A model generated the notes under the pieces. That model was not told the DNA's origin. It ran no database searches and saw nothing but the letters and a program-made list of their open reading frames with translations. This document shows, piece by piece, positions 39,691 through 53,751 of a stretch of 64,000 bases of DNA (positions are counted from its first letter, which is position 1; each line of letters opens with the position of its first letter). This DNA comes from Octopus bimaculoides (taxonomy: Eukaryota). The position numbers and the translations under genes were made by a program. The stretch spans positions 19,369,479-19,433,478 of the forward strand of contig NC_069006.1 of the NCBI RefSeq assembly GCF_001194135.2, given 5' to 3'.

Positions 39691-41882
39691 TGTGCCTATT
39701 TGAAAAGTTTTCTCCTACTTTTTTTTAATTGCAAAATTTTCATTCAAATCGTCACCATGAACAATTTGAAATTATATTTCTGATCATATAAACCACTTTG
39801 AATATTACTTTAGCAAGTTTAAAGTGATTTCTTTTGTGCCATTAACTTTTTACCATTTCTGTGTACCCCACCCTCTCCCTTGATGCCATAAGCATGTCCT
39901 TATTTTACTTAATGGTTAATCCAATGCTGGTAGCCATGTATCTTCTCTTTGGCAAGATACCTCTGCTTATCCCAAGCAAAAAATCACCTCTCCATCCTCT
40001 CAAATATTTCCACAACTTAGTTAAGAAGGTGTTTCCTTTTTTCTCCTTTTCTTGTTCTTTTCTATCTTGACAACCCCACAAGCGCCAGTGTCCTCCCTCC
40101 TATGCCCAAAGCACCCCAGTGTGTACTGTAAAGTAGTTGGTATTAGGAAGGGCATCTAGCCATGGGAACCATGCCAAAGCTGACCTGGAACACAATGCAA
40201 TCCTGTGACTTACTGATATTTCGTCAAACTAACTCATGCCAACATGGAAAACAGACGTTAAATGATGATGATGACGATGATGGTAAATGGGTGTTACAGC
40301 ATGCGATTTTATAAAGGATGATAGAGAGATGTTTTGTAATGGGCTCTGAAAGTGTTGTTTTCTAAAGGGTCTCAAAGTGTTGTTTACTAAAGGGTATACA
40401 GTATAGTCCCTTTCTGTTCTGATCCTGACAATCTTTTCTCTTTTGTCTTTTACTCGTTTCAGTCAGTAGGCTATGGCCATGCTGTCTTGAAGAAGCTGAG
40501 TTGAACAAATCAACCCCAGTATGTATTCTTTATTTTTTTTGAAGACTTAGTACTAATTTTATCAGAATCGTTTGCTGTAAACACACCAACACTAGTGGTA
40601 TGGGACAGGCACAGACACCAAGGCACACACACACACACACATATATATGATGAATATCTTACAGTTTCTGTCTATGTCTACCAAATCCACTCACAAGGCT
40701 TTGGTCAGCCTAAGACTATAGTAGAAGACACTTGCTCAAGGTGTTACACAGTGGAACTGAACCCAGAACCATGTGGTTAGGAAGCAAACTGCTCATCACA
40801 CAACAAGAATGTTGATAATTATTTAAAAAAAATTCCCACCAAAACTGACCGCTACTGTTTTCGTACATGGAGTAAGTGTGTTTCTTTGTTGTAGTTTAAT
40901 TAATAATGCCAGTGTTTAATCCTTCCTAGAATTAAGATCGAATGAATGTGGTGATATCTAAGGTATGTCTGTTCCCAAACAACACTTATTTTAGTGGTGT
41001 TGACACTGCCGGATTGAATGGTGCTGCCCAGGTGTCAAAACCATAATGATATCTGTGGGGCAGCTGATGATGGAGGCATGTTAGATTGTTGGTATGGCTG
41101 TTATTGTATGTTGGAATAGTTTTATAAGACATCCATTTGATATTTCTTTTTACCTTGTAGTCATCTATTTACTTCTCTCAGACAAATCTGCTGATTGAGT
41201 CCTATTTAAAGTTAATATTCAAAATGATACCAGTGATACACTGAGTCAATATAGTTGAGTTCTGTCAAATAACTCTCACTGATGTCTTTTGAGTAACTAC
41301 AATTTTCAGTGCGTGAGATAGTTGGTTCAAATCTCACCAGGAATTCCCTACACAATAACACAGAGAAGATAATCTAACATTGTTTTAACAGTTTATATTT
41401 CTATATTTGTTTGCCTTCCTCTGTATATATATCTACTACACATACATAATTATACATACACACATGCACGAATGTTTACACACACACACACACACACACA
41501 TACATACATACATACAAGTATATATATATNNNNNNNNNNNNNNNNNNNNNNNNNNNNNNNNNNNNNNNNNNNNNNNNNNNNNNNNNNNNNNNNNNNNNNN
41601 NNNNNNNNNNNNNNNNNNNNNNNNNNNNNNNNNNNNNNNNNNNNNTATTTCCAGTATTTCTCTATCTCAACACCTTCGTTTGTTTTTCTATCTATCTATC
41701 TACCTATCTATCTATCTACCCGTCTATCTATTTGTGTATGTTTATCACCCCCACCTCTCTCTCAGACTCATATCTCTGCCTCCCTCCTCCTTCACGGCCA
41801 TCTAGTTGTGTCAACAACAACAGCTTCTGCTAATATTTGTTGTTTACAGCTATCTGATTATTGAGTACGAACACACCTTATA

Positions 41883-41918
<36 letters not shown>

Positions 41919-42090
41919 GAATATGTGTGCAAGTGTATATGAACACATGTGTATATGTGTTCGTGCGGGTATCATATCCTACCAAAGTGCTGAAGAAATA
42001 AATATATGATTGTTGATATAAAATACGAAAATCCTAGAATCAGGTGCCCCAGCATGGCTGAGGCCCAACGAGCGAACGTAGTAAAAGAGT

Positions 42091-42144
<54 letters not shown>

Positions 42145-43826
42145 ACGCACACCAAACCGCACAGTTTGATAAGTGCCAATGAACGAAACTGTGTGCCCTT
42201 GAGTCACTCTTTAATTTCTGCCGATTATTATTAATACTATACACACACACACATTTATATATGCATTTATACGTGTTCAGGTGTAAGAAAATACTGTTAT
42301 TTCTGAAGAAATTTTGCCAGTTTTCTTTCCATTGTTGTTTTATTATAAATTCCGTGGTCAGCAAAAAAAAAAAAGAATCATTGTTTATTATTTCTTATTT
42401 CTATAACTTATCCCCACACCTTCCTCACACGTCGTAGCTCTTCTAAAATATTAAACACATTCTCTGCCTATTACATGTCTGTCTACAGGTTACGTTATAT
42501 TGTAACTACGGGAACTAAAAGCGTTAGCAGCGAACGGTGAGATTTGGGAGAGAATAGCTCGGGAATCTGGTGTCTGTAATTTTCCCTTTATTTGTTTAAT
42601 GGTAAAATTAAACGATAGAAGCTGTTAGTTTTTCTTTCATGCCGTTGATCAGTTATATGCTTTGAAGGGAAACTAGTAGATTCAGTTGTTTATCCATCCA
42701 GGTGAGCGTGTACAGTCATTCATTCATCTATTCTCTGACAGGTTTTGTTGTTTTTTTTTGTTGTTTTTTGCTGTAATATCCCCAGTTAAAATACAAGTTA
42801 ACCATACGCTGTGCTATTCCTTCCTCTCTTTTTTTTTCTTTCTATCTTTCTCTGTCTCTCACACACATACAAACATGCGCGCGTACGCATATACACACAC
42901 GCACATGCACACACAAACATATACACACGCGCGCATGCACACACAAACATATAAACGCACGTACGCACAAACATGCATTCACACAAATACACACACAAAT
43001 ACACTCATACACAAACACACGCACACCCACACAACTTGCGCCCGCATACAACACATACACCCAAACACACGCACGCACACACACAGGTAGAACTTTCCGA
43101 GAACAGCTAACTGACTGAACAGAGAAAAATCAACAGAATGACAGATTTCTATAGACGGAACTTTAGATCGATAGATCGATCAATCATTAATGCAGTGGAG
43201 GTGATGGTGGTAGTGGTACGGCAGAGAGCGGGGGTGTCACGTTTTGTTTCAGTATAGAGGCTGGTATAATTCATTTAGATTTTTTGGCGGAACATGAAAA
43301 TGCGGGAAGGCAGGGCTGTTTTTCTTTTCTTTTCTTTGTTTTTTTTCTATAATATCAGTTACAATATTTAAGCAACCTCATCATTAATTACATCCTCGGT
43401 CGTGCATTTATAAATGTCAACATTTAAATATTCTACTTAAATAACTTCGATTCTTTGCCACCTCTCATTTGCAAGGGTTTTTTTTTTTTTATATTCTGTC
43501 AGATAAATGAAAATATATAACTGTTTTGTTTTGTTGTTTTAAGCGGGGGGAGGGCCGAGGCAGGTTAAACTCTGAACTTGCCAAATGCATTTAAATAAAT
43601 TTCTGGAGAATTAATAGATGTTATTACAACAAGGTATAGATGTTATCACAAGTGAATTTAAACACAAAACAAATAAAACAAAAAAAACATTATTATTCGA
43701 GGTCGATTCTTTCATTTCATCCTTTCGGGGTCGATAACATAGTACCAGTTGAATACTAGGCTCTCAGTGTAATCAATTAACCCCACATCACCCAAAATTC
43801 CAGGCTTTGTGTCTATAGTAGAAAGA

Positions 43827-43883
<57 letters not shown>

Positions 43884-44047
43884 TCTAAACAGACAATCGA
43901 ATTAAAACAGGGTTTCCCTCAGTGTCTCCGACCCGTGCAGACGATCAGTGATATAATAATAACAAACACATTATGTGAAGATAATTAAACAGACTGACAT
44001 GGAGATACAAACATCAGGTAAGCATCAGGTAGCAAGTATCAACTTAC

Positions 44048-44431
44048 CTGTTCGTTGATGTTGTTTTTACCACGAGGGGCATTCACGGCACTTTTAATCC
44101 CCATTGATTCACTGTCAATGGTTCCGACAAGCTTTGGCACGTGGCTAACACAGTATATATCCGGTTCATTGTATTGGTCCCAATGGTAGGTCCTCAACGT
44201 TAGCTGTAGGTTACAGACACGACATCGGAAGCAACCCCGATGGAAGAGAACACCAACGTCGATTCTCTCCAACGGATACACCCGTTTAAGACAACGAAAA
44301 CACGGATCAATTTGCAAGGATCCGCTCCGGTGGCAAACCGTGTCTCGTTTGTTACTGCAAATGTCAATTCCCATCCGACTGGCAGATCTGTCGTCGTGAT
44401 GGAAATGTCTGTCCACTAAAGCGGCGCACAT
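44048..44431 (-). CDS. Coding exon (first or near-first) of a Hillarin/LTD-1-like LIM-domain protein; the LIM domain lies at 44141-44302
   Basis: The ORF has exact LIM spacing C-x2-C-x16-H-x2-C-x2-C-x2-C-x20-C-x2-H (CFRC..HRGCFRCRVC..CVSH). The following YCVSHVPK..G.ID..S.GI..AVNAPR...INEQ resembles Hillarin N-termini as I recall them (not database-checked). The frame ends at a phase-0 donor GAACAG|GTAAGT at 44048/44047. There is an in-frame upstream stop at 44489-44491. Start may be ATG 44431 or ATG 44374, or the exon may begin at a possible acceptor near 44447. Confidence 0.88.
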
Positions 44432-44879
44432 ATTTGGCTTTTTGTCTTGTGTGGACAGACAAAAATCAACCAGGATAAATATACAAGGTCAGTGTTGTCA
44501 GAGAGAGACGGCGGATGATAGACAGGAAGCACACCTACATGAGGACATGCTGTGTGCGTGTATGCACAAAGAGAAAACATGTAGGTAGCAGAGTAGAATT
44601 GATGAACGTGACAGAGGATGGCTGTTGTTCAAATAAACAAGCTAACATTCTCTGCTGCTTCTACTTCCAGCTGTCCTTCCTTTTACCATACTGCTTCACT
44701 TCACATACTCAACCACTCCATCTCTTTCTCTCACCTTCCTTATGTGTCTATCTGGTTATCTCCTCTCGCCCCTCTCTCTCTCTCTCTTTAGCTCTTTCTC
44801 ACCCCTCTCTCTCTCTCTCTTTCTCACCCTCTCTCTCTATTTCTCTCTATTTCTCTCTCCCTCTCTATCTCACGCTGCA

Positions 44880-44990
44880 TCTATTTCTCCCGCTCGACGT
44901 TTCGTTGACAAAATTCACGTTTCAAGCGTGGATGGAATCGCAACAGCAATCTGTTGTGAGTCACGAGGGAAATCCTTGCTAAAGATAGCC
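44880..44990 (-). promoter_or_regulatory. Candidate promoter/enhancer island upstream of the LIM exon
   Basis: Short CpG-retaining unique island between CT-rich tracts, containing TGAGTCA (AP-1 consensus, 44957-44963) next to GGGAAATCC (kappaB-like, 44967-44975). Motif evidence only. Confidence 0.3.
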
Positions 44991-45336
44991 TCTCTCTCCC
45001 ACCTCTCACTCTCCCTCTTCTTACTTCTCTTACTCTCGCTTTCTCACTCACTCTATTCAATATCACTTCTCCTCCTCCTCGTCCTCCTCCCTCCATATAT
45101 TTTCCTTTATAACATCATCATCATCATCTCTCCCTCCCTCACTCTCTCAGTATTATTCTACTTCATTTCTTCCTCGCTCGCTCTCTTTCTCCCCGCTTTA
45201 TTTACCTTACTCTCACCTGTTCTTTACTCTTCTACTTCGTTTCTCTCCATCTTCCTACCTTTCACTGCAATCTTCTCAGCATCTTCATCTTCACGTCCAT
45301 CACACTCTGTTCTCTTATTTCATTCTCTCCCTACAC

Positions 45337-45382
<46 letters not shown>

Positions 45383-45391
45383 CCTCTCTCT

Positions 45392-45430
<39 letters not shown>

Positions 45431-46138
45431 NNNNNNNNNNNNNNNNNNNNNNNNNNNNNNNNNNNNNNNNNNNNNNNNNNNNNNNNNNNNNNNNNNNNNN
45501 NNNNNNNNNNNNNNNNNNNNNNNNNNNNNNNNNNNNNNNNNNNNNNNNNNNNNNNNNNNNNNNNNNNNNNNNNNNNNNNNNNNNNNNNNNNNNNNNNNNN
45601 NNNNNNNNNNNNNNNNNNNNNNNNNNNNNNNNNNNNNNNNNNNNNNNNNNNNNNNNNNNNNNNNNNNNNNNNNNNNNNNNNNNNNNNNNNNNNNNNNNNN
45701 NNNNNNNNNNNNNNNNNNNNNNNNNNNNNNNNNNNNNNNNNNNNNNNNNNNNNNNNNNNNNNNNNNNNNNNNNNNNNNNNNNNNNNNNNNNNNNNNNNNN
45801 NNNNNNNNNNNNNNNNNNNNNNNNNNNNNNNNNNNNNNNNNNNNNNNNNNNNNNNNNNNNNNNNNNNNNNNNNNNNNNNNNNNNNNNNNNNNNNNNNNNN
45901 NNNNNNNNNNNNNNNNNNNNNNNNNNNNNNNNNNNNNNNNNNNNNNNNNNNNNNNNNNNNNNNNNNNNNNNNNNNNNNNNNNNNNNNNNNNNNNNNNNNN
46001 NNNNNNNNNNNNNNNNNNNNNNNNNNNNNNNNNNNNNNNNNNNNNNNNNNNNNNNNNNNNNNNNNNNNNNNNNNNNNNNNNNNNNNNNNNNNNNNNNNNN
46101 NNNNNNNNNNNNNNNNNNNNNNNNNNNNNNNNNNNNNN
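45431..46138. other. Assembly gap (largest; other large gaps at 27930-28629, 1657-2265, 17340-17859, 52648-53126, 21480-21947, 61954-62354, 314-627)
   Basis: Runs of N, many flanked by (AT)n. Confidence 1.
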
Positions 46139-46539
46139 TATATATACATGTATATATGTGTGTGTGTATTGGAAACAGGTAAGCATTTGTGTCCCACCTC
46201 TCTCTCTCTCTCTCTCTCCACCCACACACACAAGAAAAAAGGGAAAAAAGACAAAAAACTAAGGTAATATTCTGAGATCAATTGTATTGATCACTTAACA
46301 ATGATACACATTTAATAGCAAGGAAGTATATGTGTGTGTATAGTCCTGAGTTACACTTCACTCAACACCTCCACTCATTAATTACGAGTACAGGTAGCTG
46401 GGTAAAACCCCATCTTTTACTCCACTCAGCACTTGCACCCATCACCTTAGAGCAGTGGTTTTCAACTGCGGACCACATGGCTCTTGGAAAGGGGCCAAAG
46501 TTTTACTGCAATAAATTGGTTATCCTTCAACAATATAGG

Positions 46540-46890
46540 CACAGGTGTGGCTGTATGGTGAGAAGCTGGCTTCCCAACCACATGGTTCCGGGTTCAGTCC
46601 TACTGCGTGGCACCTTGGGCAAGTGTCTTCTGCTATAGCCTCAGGCTGACCAAAGCCTTGTGAGTGGATTGGATTTGGTAGATGGAAACTGAAAGAAGCC
46701 TGTCGTATATATATATATATATGCATATATATAGGCGCAGGAGTGGCTGTGTAGTAAGTAGCTTGCTTACCAACCACATGGTTCCGGGTTCATTCTCACT
46801 GCGTGGGACCTTGGGCAAGTGTCTTCTACTATAGCCTCAGGCTGACCAAAGGCTTGTGAGTGGATTTGGGAGACGGAAACTGATAGAAGC
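46540..46890 (+). mobile_element. Two tandem family A SINE 5' halves
   Basis: The head and core are repeated at 46540-46700 and 46735-46890, separated by (TA)n. Confidence 0.8.
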
Positions 46891-46999
46891 CTGTCATATA
46901 TATATCTATATATATATATACGTTTATATATAAACATAATTAAGGGATCAGCAAACAGTTGCTTCACCACATACCGAAGTTCAGAAATAGCAGCTAAAA

Positions 47000-47226
47000 A
47001 GCTGAGACTCCAACAGATAGTAATGCATCTCAACAGAAATATGGTAACAAATGTCTTGTTTTCATAAGTTTTGAATTCAAATCTTCCACCAAACCTTAGT
47101 CTCAATTTATGTTCCTAACACTAATTGAATGATAACTAAGTTATTTTACTGAATTCTTTGTTATATTTAAAATAATTGAAATAAACACAGAGCATCTCAC
47201 AATAAATACAGTAATGAAAGGATTAA
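47000..47226. mobile_element. TTAA-ended (piggyBac-like) MITE fragment; second copy at 60417-60600
   Basis: About 180 bp shared with 60417-60600; both end in GAAAGG(A/C)TTAA. Confidence 0.5.
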
Positions 47227-47228
47227 GA

Positions 47229-47596
47229 GCAACACAAAGAGCCATGGAAAGGAGAATGCTGAAGATTAACCAAATGGATAGTGTGGAGAAACACCAGGAT
47301 AAGACTGGCAACAAGTTTAATGGATATTATCTTGAAAATAAAAACTCTGAAATAGTCTTTCACGGAACATGTGTTTAGAAGAAAGGACAACAGATGGAAT
47401 ACAAAATTGACAGAGCGGACACTATATCCAGAAAAAAGGAGGGGAAAACCATGCAGAAGTTGGAATGAAGACTGTTAAATTCTTTGACACCCAAACATGA
47501 ATAAGGAAAACATCAGACTGTGGTTTTTGGAGAGAAAATACTGAGGCATTTGTCCAACAATGAACTGAACATGTGCAAGGGTGATGATGATGATGT
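47229..47596 (+). mobile_element. RTE-clade LINE 3' fragment with (GAT)n tail
   Basis: ATQRAMERRMLKI ... LK*SFTEHVFRRKDNRWNTKLTE..YPEKRRGKPCRSWNED, the typical RTE ORF C-terminus, followed by a GATGATGATG tail. Confidence 0.75.
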
Positions 47597-47607
47597 CATC
47601 GACTCAT

Positions 47608-48180
47608 CACCTGCACTCAACAGTTGAGAGTCTAGATGGTTATGTCTAGTCCTGCATTACACTCCACTCAACACATGCACTCAACAACTGCAAGTACAAA
47701 TAGACATATGTAATCTTGTATTACATTCTACTTAACACCTGCACTCAACATCTGAGAGTTTAGATGGTTGTCTAGTCCTGCATTACACTCCACTCAACAC
47801 ATGCACTCAACAACTGCAAGTACAAATAGATATATGTAATCTTGTATTACATTCTACTTAACACCTGCACTCAACATCTGAGAGTCTAGATGGTTGTCTA
47901 GTTCTGCATTACACTCTACTCAACAGCCGCACTCAACAACTGAAAGTGCAGATTGATATACGTAGCCTTGTATTATATTTCACTTAACACCTGCACTCGA
48001 CAACTGAGAGCATACATATGTGTAGTCCTGCATTACACTCCACTCAACACTTGCACTTAACAACTGAGAGTATTGATGTATGTAGTCTTGCACTGAACAG
48101 CTGAGAGTATAGCTTGGAGTGTTTTGTCCTGTGTTACACTCTACTCAACAATTGCACTCAACATCTGAGAGATTTTTTAA
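47608..48180. repeat. About 63-bp minisatellite with 126-bp (64+62) dimeric higher-order structure
   Basis: Units start at 47657, 47721, 47783 and 47847 and alternate between A and B types. Confidence 0.9.
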
Positions 48181-49921
48181 ATTCTTTTATNNNNNNNNNN
48201 NNNNNNNNNNNNNNNNNNNNNNNNNNNNNNNNNNNNNNNNNNNNNNNNNNNNNNNNNNNNNNNNNNNNNNNNNNNNNNNNNNNNNNNNNNACTCTACTCA
48301 ACAATTGCACTCAACATCTGAGAGATTTTTTAAATTCTTTTATCCTTTACTCTTTCATCAGTTTCTCTCACTGTTCCTGTGGCCATACTGGAGCAATGGC
48401 TTAGAATATTGTAGCCATTCATATTAACCATAATGTTTGTTTCTTTCTGGACTCTATTTGTTGAACAAATAAATTACAAAGCAGTTTGTGACTGGTGTAA
48501 ACATAAACACACACACATAGGTGCAGGCGTGGCTGTGTGGTAAGAAGCTTACTTCCCAACCACATGGTTCCGGGTTCAGTCCCATTGTACGACATCTTGG
48601 ACAAGTGTCTTCTACTATAGCCTTGGAGCAACTAAAGCCTTGTGAGTGGATTTGGTAGACAGAAACTGAAAGAAGACCATCATATGTGTGTGTGTGTGTG
48701 TGTGTGTGTCTGTGTGTCTAGGCTGACCCATTGAACTACGAGTACGACTCATACAACTCATTTTTGCCAGCTGAGTCTGTCTAAGAAATCCACTTTCAAG
48801 ACTTTGGTTGATCTAGGGCTACTGTGGTTATAGTAGAAGATACCCAAGGTGACACACTGTGGGACTGAACCCAGAACCAAATGCTTGGCAAACAAACTTC
48901 TTATCCTACACCCACACCTATACTCCACTCAGCAAATGAGAACATACATTGCTTTCAAATTTTGACAAAAAAAAAAACAACAATTTGGAGGGAAATGGGG
49001 GTGGAAGGTGATTACATCAACCCAGTATTCAACTGGTACTTATTTTATCGACCCTGAAAGGATGAAAGCACAGTTGACCCCGGTGGAATTGGAACTCAGA
49101 ACATAAAGACAGACAAAAATGTTACTAAGCATTTTACCTGGCAGTGAAGGGCACCCAGCTGTAAAAACCTTGCCTGTGCTGGTGCCATGTGAAAAACACT
49201 CGGTCCACTCTGCAGGATGGTTTGTGTTAGGAAGGGCATCCAGCCCTAAAAACCCTGCCAAAAGAGACACAGTAGCTTTGGAGTAGTCTTCTACCAGGCC
49301 AGCTCCTGTCAACTGTCCTACCCATGCATTCATGGAAAACTGGACATTAAACAATGATGATGATGATGATGATGATGCTAATGATTCTGCCAGCTCGCCA
49401 CCCTAAATGAGAATATATATTGGTAGATGTTTGTAGTTTATTCAACAGCTGACCTTGTAAAGTGTTGATAGACATTAACTCTCCTCTTAGCACCATTCAA
49501 CAACTAACAGTAGAGAGTATAGAACATAAGAGGTTTACACTCCACTCAACACCTCCACTCAACAATCGAAAGCTCCATCAAACACACCACTACCACTCTT
49601 ACTCAATCTTTCTATTTCAATGGGTATTTTTTTGTGCACCTTTTTTCTTTTGTTTTCTAAATTTCCTTCTCAAATCCATTCACTTTTCTTTCCTTCTTTC
49701 TCTCTCCCTCTCTTTTCTTCTTTTTTACTTTATTTCTGTTTGTTTTTCTCCTCTTATATCCTTACCTATCTCTCTCTATTTTTTTCTTTCCCTCTCACCC
49801 CTCCTTTCCACCTACATGCCTGCCAATCTTACTACCTATCTATCTATTTATCTATTTATGTATATACATATCTATCTTTCTATTTCCCTACTAACCATCT
49901 AGCATACATACATAACGCACA

Positions 49922-49964
<43 letters not shown>

Positions 49965-50915
49965 TTACACATATATACATATACATACATAACCATATAT
50001 ATACACACACACACACCATCACTTCCATCCCCATCACTACCATCACCACCACCACCACTACCACTGCCATCATCACAACCAGCAGCACCACCACCGCTAC
50101 CACCACCACCACCACCACCACCACCGTCACCTCCACCACAAAACACCACTGACACCAGCACCACAACCACATTCATAATGACTATTATTATCAGCTTTCC
50201 TGATCTTTAGTCAAGGAGTCCCTGGCAAGACCCCACTCCTGCCCTTCCAACCCTGTAAAGTAGGGACCACGGAATATATTGAGGAAGGAGAACTTTAACG
50301 TAACCACTCGACCATCTCGCTATTGTCTTTAAAACAGGGACTGCATTTATGCAGTCACAGCATTCCCCTTCCTTTAACAGTAAAGTAGAGATGGCCACAG
50401 GGTAGAATGATGGAGCGCATCCTTCATTAGAGCTCTCCTGTTATATAACCCCTACAGCTAACTCCACCAACACTTGGGATGAATTTTTTTTATTTCTTTA
50501 CTCAAGCAGAATTCACTGTGATTTTGGCTTTGTTGAAAGCAGAAATTAGATTTTATTTCACTTTCTGAAATTACTACAAAAAAAAAAAAAAAAACTTNNN
50601 NNNNNNNAGGAGAAGACGAAGAAGAAGAAAAAGAAGAAGAAGAAGAAGAAGAAGAAGAAGAAAAGAATACAGGAGAGGACAAGTGGAAGAAGATAACAGG
50701 AGGGGGAGGAGAAGACATGGAGAATATGTTTGGAGAAAGAAGATAAGGGAAGAAGAAGAAGACATGAATACAGGAGATGACAAGAAGAATAAGAAGAAGA
50801 AGAGAAAGAAGACAAGCAGAACATATATTTAAAGAAAGATGACAAGGGGAGAAGAAGACATCAATACAGAAGAAGACAAGATACATACACACACACACAC
50901 GCATTATATACATAC

Positions 50916-50990
<75 letters not shown>

Positions 50991-51098
50991 NNNNNNNNNN
51001 NNNNNNNNNNNNNNNNNNNNNNNNNNNNNNNNNNNNNNNNNNNNNNNNNNNNNNNNNNNNNNNNNNNNNNNNNNNNNNNNNNNNNNNNNNNNNNNNNN

Positions 51099-51149
<51 letters not shown>

Positions 51150-52042
51150 TTATATATATATATACACACATACATATATTTGCATACATACATACATACG
51201 TACATACATACATACGTACATACATACATACGTACGTATGTACATACATATATATGTATGTATTAAATAGAAGAGAAGATGACAAGGAGAATGAATGGAT
51301 GACTGGAGAAGGAAGAGATGAGAAGGGAGGAGAAGGTGGAGGTGACAAGAGAAAACAGGGAGGGACAGGAGGAGAGGGAAAAAAGAAGAAAAAAAATACA
51401 TATGACAGAAAGGACAGAAGGGAGAAGACAGGGAACGCGGAAGAGGGCAGAAAAATGACAGAAGACAAGGGACACACGAGCAAGGAGAGATAGAGAGAAA
51501 GAGAGAGAGATAGAGAGAGAGAGTGGGTGGGGGCACAGAAGAAGACATGAGATGAGGGAAGAAAGTAGGGAATGAAAGGGAGCGTAGGTAGGTAGGTTGG
51601 TAGAGATGGCANNNNNNNNNNNNNNNNNNNNNNNNNNNNNNNNNNNNNNNNNNNNNNNNNNNNNNNNNNNNNNNNNNNNNNNNNNNNNNNNNNNNNNNNN
51701 NNNNNNNNNNNNNNNNNNNNNNNNNNNNNNNNNNNNNNNNNNNNNNNNNNNNNNNNNNNTCATCATCACCACTACCACCATCTTCATCAGCATCATCATC
51801 CTCATCATCATTACCATCACCACCACTGTCACCACTACTATCATCATCGTCATCATTATTGTCATCATTGTCGTCGCTGCCATTGTGATCGTTGTCATCA
51901 ACTGCTGTTTACTATGCCCTTCCAAAGTCATCTGGTTCACACCTTAGGCTTCCTTATTCCATTCTGTATAATCTCACAGCACCACCACAGCATCACTGCT
52001 ACCATTTCTACAGTCTATCTATCTATGTATCTATCTACCTAC

Positions 52043-52088
<46 letters not shown>

Positions 52089-52190
52089 CTTCGGCTGACT
52101 GTCTATCTACATATCTATTTATCAACCTACCTGTTTACCAAGCAATCTCCTACCCCTACCTACCTACCTATCTATCTATCTCTCTGTTTA

Positions 52191-52411
52191 TATGAGGGGA
52201 TGCTGAAAAGTTCCTGGCTTTAAGGGTTTTGCGAAAGGCCTGGTTGAAGGTCCAAATTTCCAAGTTCTTTTACAGGGTTTAGAAAAACTTAAGGACCTCT
52301 GCAGTAAGTGTGCGAGTCTGGGATGGGAATATGTTGAATAAAATCATAATTAACTGATCCTCCTGTATTTTCTTTTACCCAAAGTCAGGAACTGTTTGGC
52401 ACTCCCTCATA
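52191..52411 (+). mobile_element. Mariner-derived non-autonomous element
   Basis: TA-flanked imperfect TIRs (TGAGGGGATGCTGAAAAGTTCCTGGCTTT / AAAGTCAGGAACTGTTTGGCACTCCCTCA). The interior encodes LKDLCSKCASLGWEYVE*, resembling the mariner transposase C-terminus (W.KC...GEYVE). Confidence 0.8.
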
Positions 52412-53751
52412 TGAATATATATATATTCCATTTTTTTCTCTCATTGTTTGCACAGTTGGTGACATCCTGTGCCCACGTATGCATATGTATACTCTCTTTA
52501 CTCTTTTACTTGTTTCAGTCATTTGACTGCGGCCATGCTGGAGCACCGCCTTTTAGTCGAGAAAATCGACCCCAAGACTTATTCTTTGTAAGCCTAGTAC
52601 TTATTTTATCGGTCTCTTTTGCCAAACCACTAAGTTACGGGGACATANNNNNNNNNNNNNNNNNNNNNNNNNNNNNNNNNNNNNNNNNNNNNNNNNNNNN
52701 NNNNNNNNNNNNNNNNNNNNNNNNNNNNNNNNNNNNNNNNNNNNNNNNNNNNNNNNNNNNNNNNNNNNNNNNNNNNNNNNNNNNNNNNNNNNNNNNNNNN
52801 NNNNNNNNNNNNNNNNNNNNNNNNNNNNNNNNNNNNNNNNNNNNNNNNNNNNNNNNNNNNNNNNNNNNNNNNNNNNNNNNNNNNNNNNNNNNNNNNNNNN
52901 NNNNNNNNNNNNNNNNNNNNNNNNNNNNNNNNNNNNNNNNNNNNNNNNNNNNNNNNNNNNNNNNNNNNNNNNNNNNNNNNNNNNNNNNNNNNNNNNNNNN
53001 NNNNNNNNNNNNNNNNNNNNNNNNNNNNNNNNNNNNNNNNNNNNNNNNNNNNNNNNNNNNNNNNNNNNNNNNNNNNNNNNNNNNNNNNNNNNNNNNNNNN
53101 NNNNNNNNNNNNNNNNNNNNNNNNNNATATATATATTTGTGTGTGTGTGTATGTGTGTATGTATGTATTTACTTATTTACCTGGCTATCTACTTTTCTAT
53201 TTGCCTACTACATACCAACCTATCTATCTCTTTTTCTCTTTTTACATACACAAACACACACATGCACAACCACTCACACACACACATGTATGCATGTAAA
53301 TACACAAATATACATAGATGCACATGCATACATACACATATTGACACATGTATAAATCCGGGTCGGTGACCAACACGTCGTAAAACTACAGGGAGTGAAG
53401 CACACCTCAGCTTTAGGAGAATACTCTTATATAGAATGTGTTGTGCATCACAACCAGCACCACCACCACTGCTACCAACACCACCACCGCCGCCGCCACC
53501 ACCACTACCACCACCACCATAAAACACCACTGACACCAGCACCACACCCTTATATAGAATGTGTTGTGCAGGGAACAGTCACAGACATTTTAATGACCTT
53601 CAGTGGAACTGCCAATCTCCTGAATCTGTAACCTTTATTGATACCAGATATCTTATCTCAGCTTATGGCAGGTACCAGTAGGATAGAGATAAGGGGAAGA
53701 GTGTTTATGAGGGGTTGTGAAAAATATATTTGACTGAACATTCTGCACAAA

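Noticed and set aside
44010-44025. Strong plus-strand donors (CAG|GTAAGC at about 44018 and about 46179) suggesting an antisense gene
   Set aside because: No convincing acceptor or open exon accompanies them, and several such 7-mers are expected by chance in 64 kb.
48140-48340. Identical 50-bp copies either side of a 100-N gap
   Set aside because: Scaffolding overlap artefact rather than an extra repeat unit.
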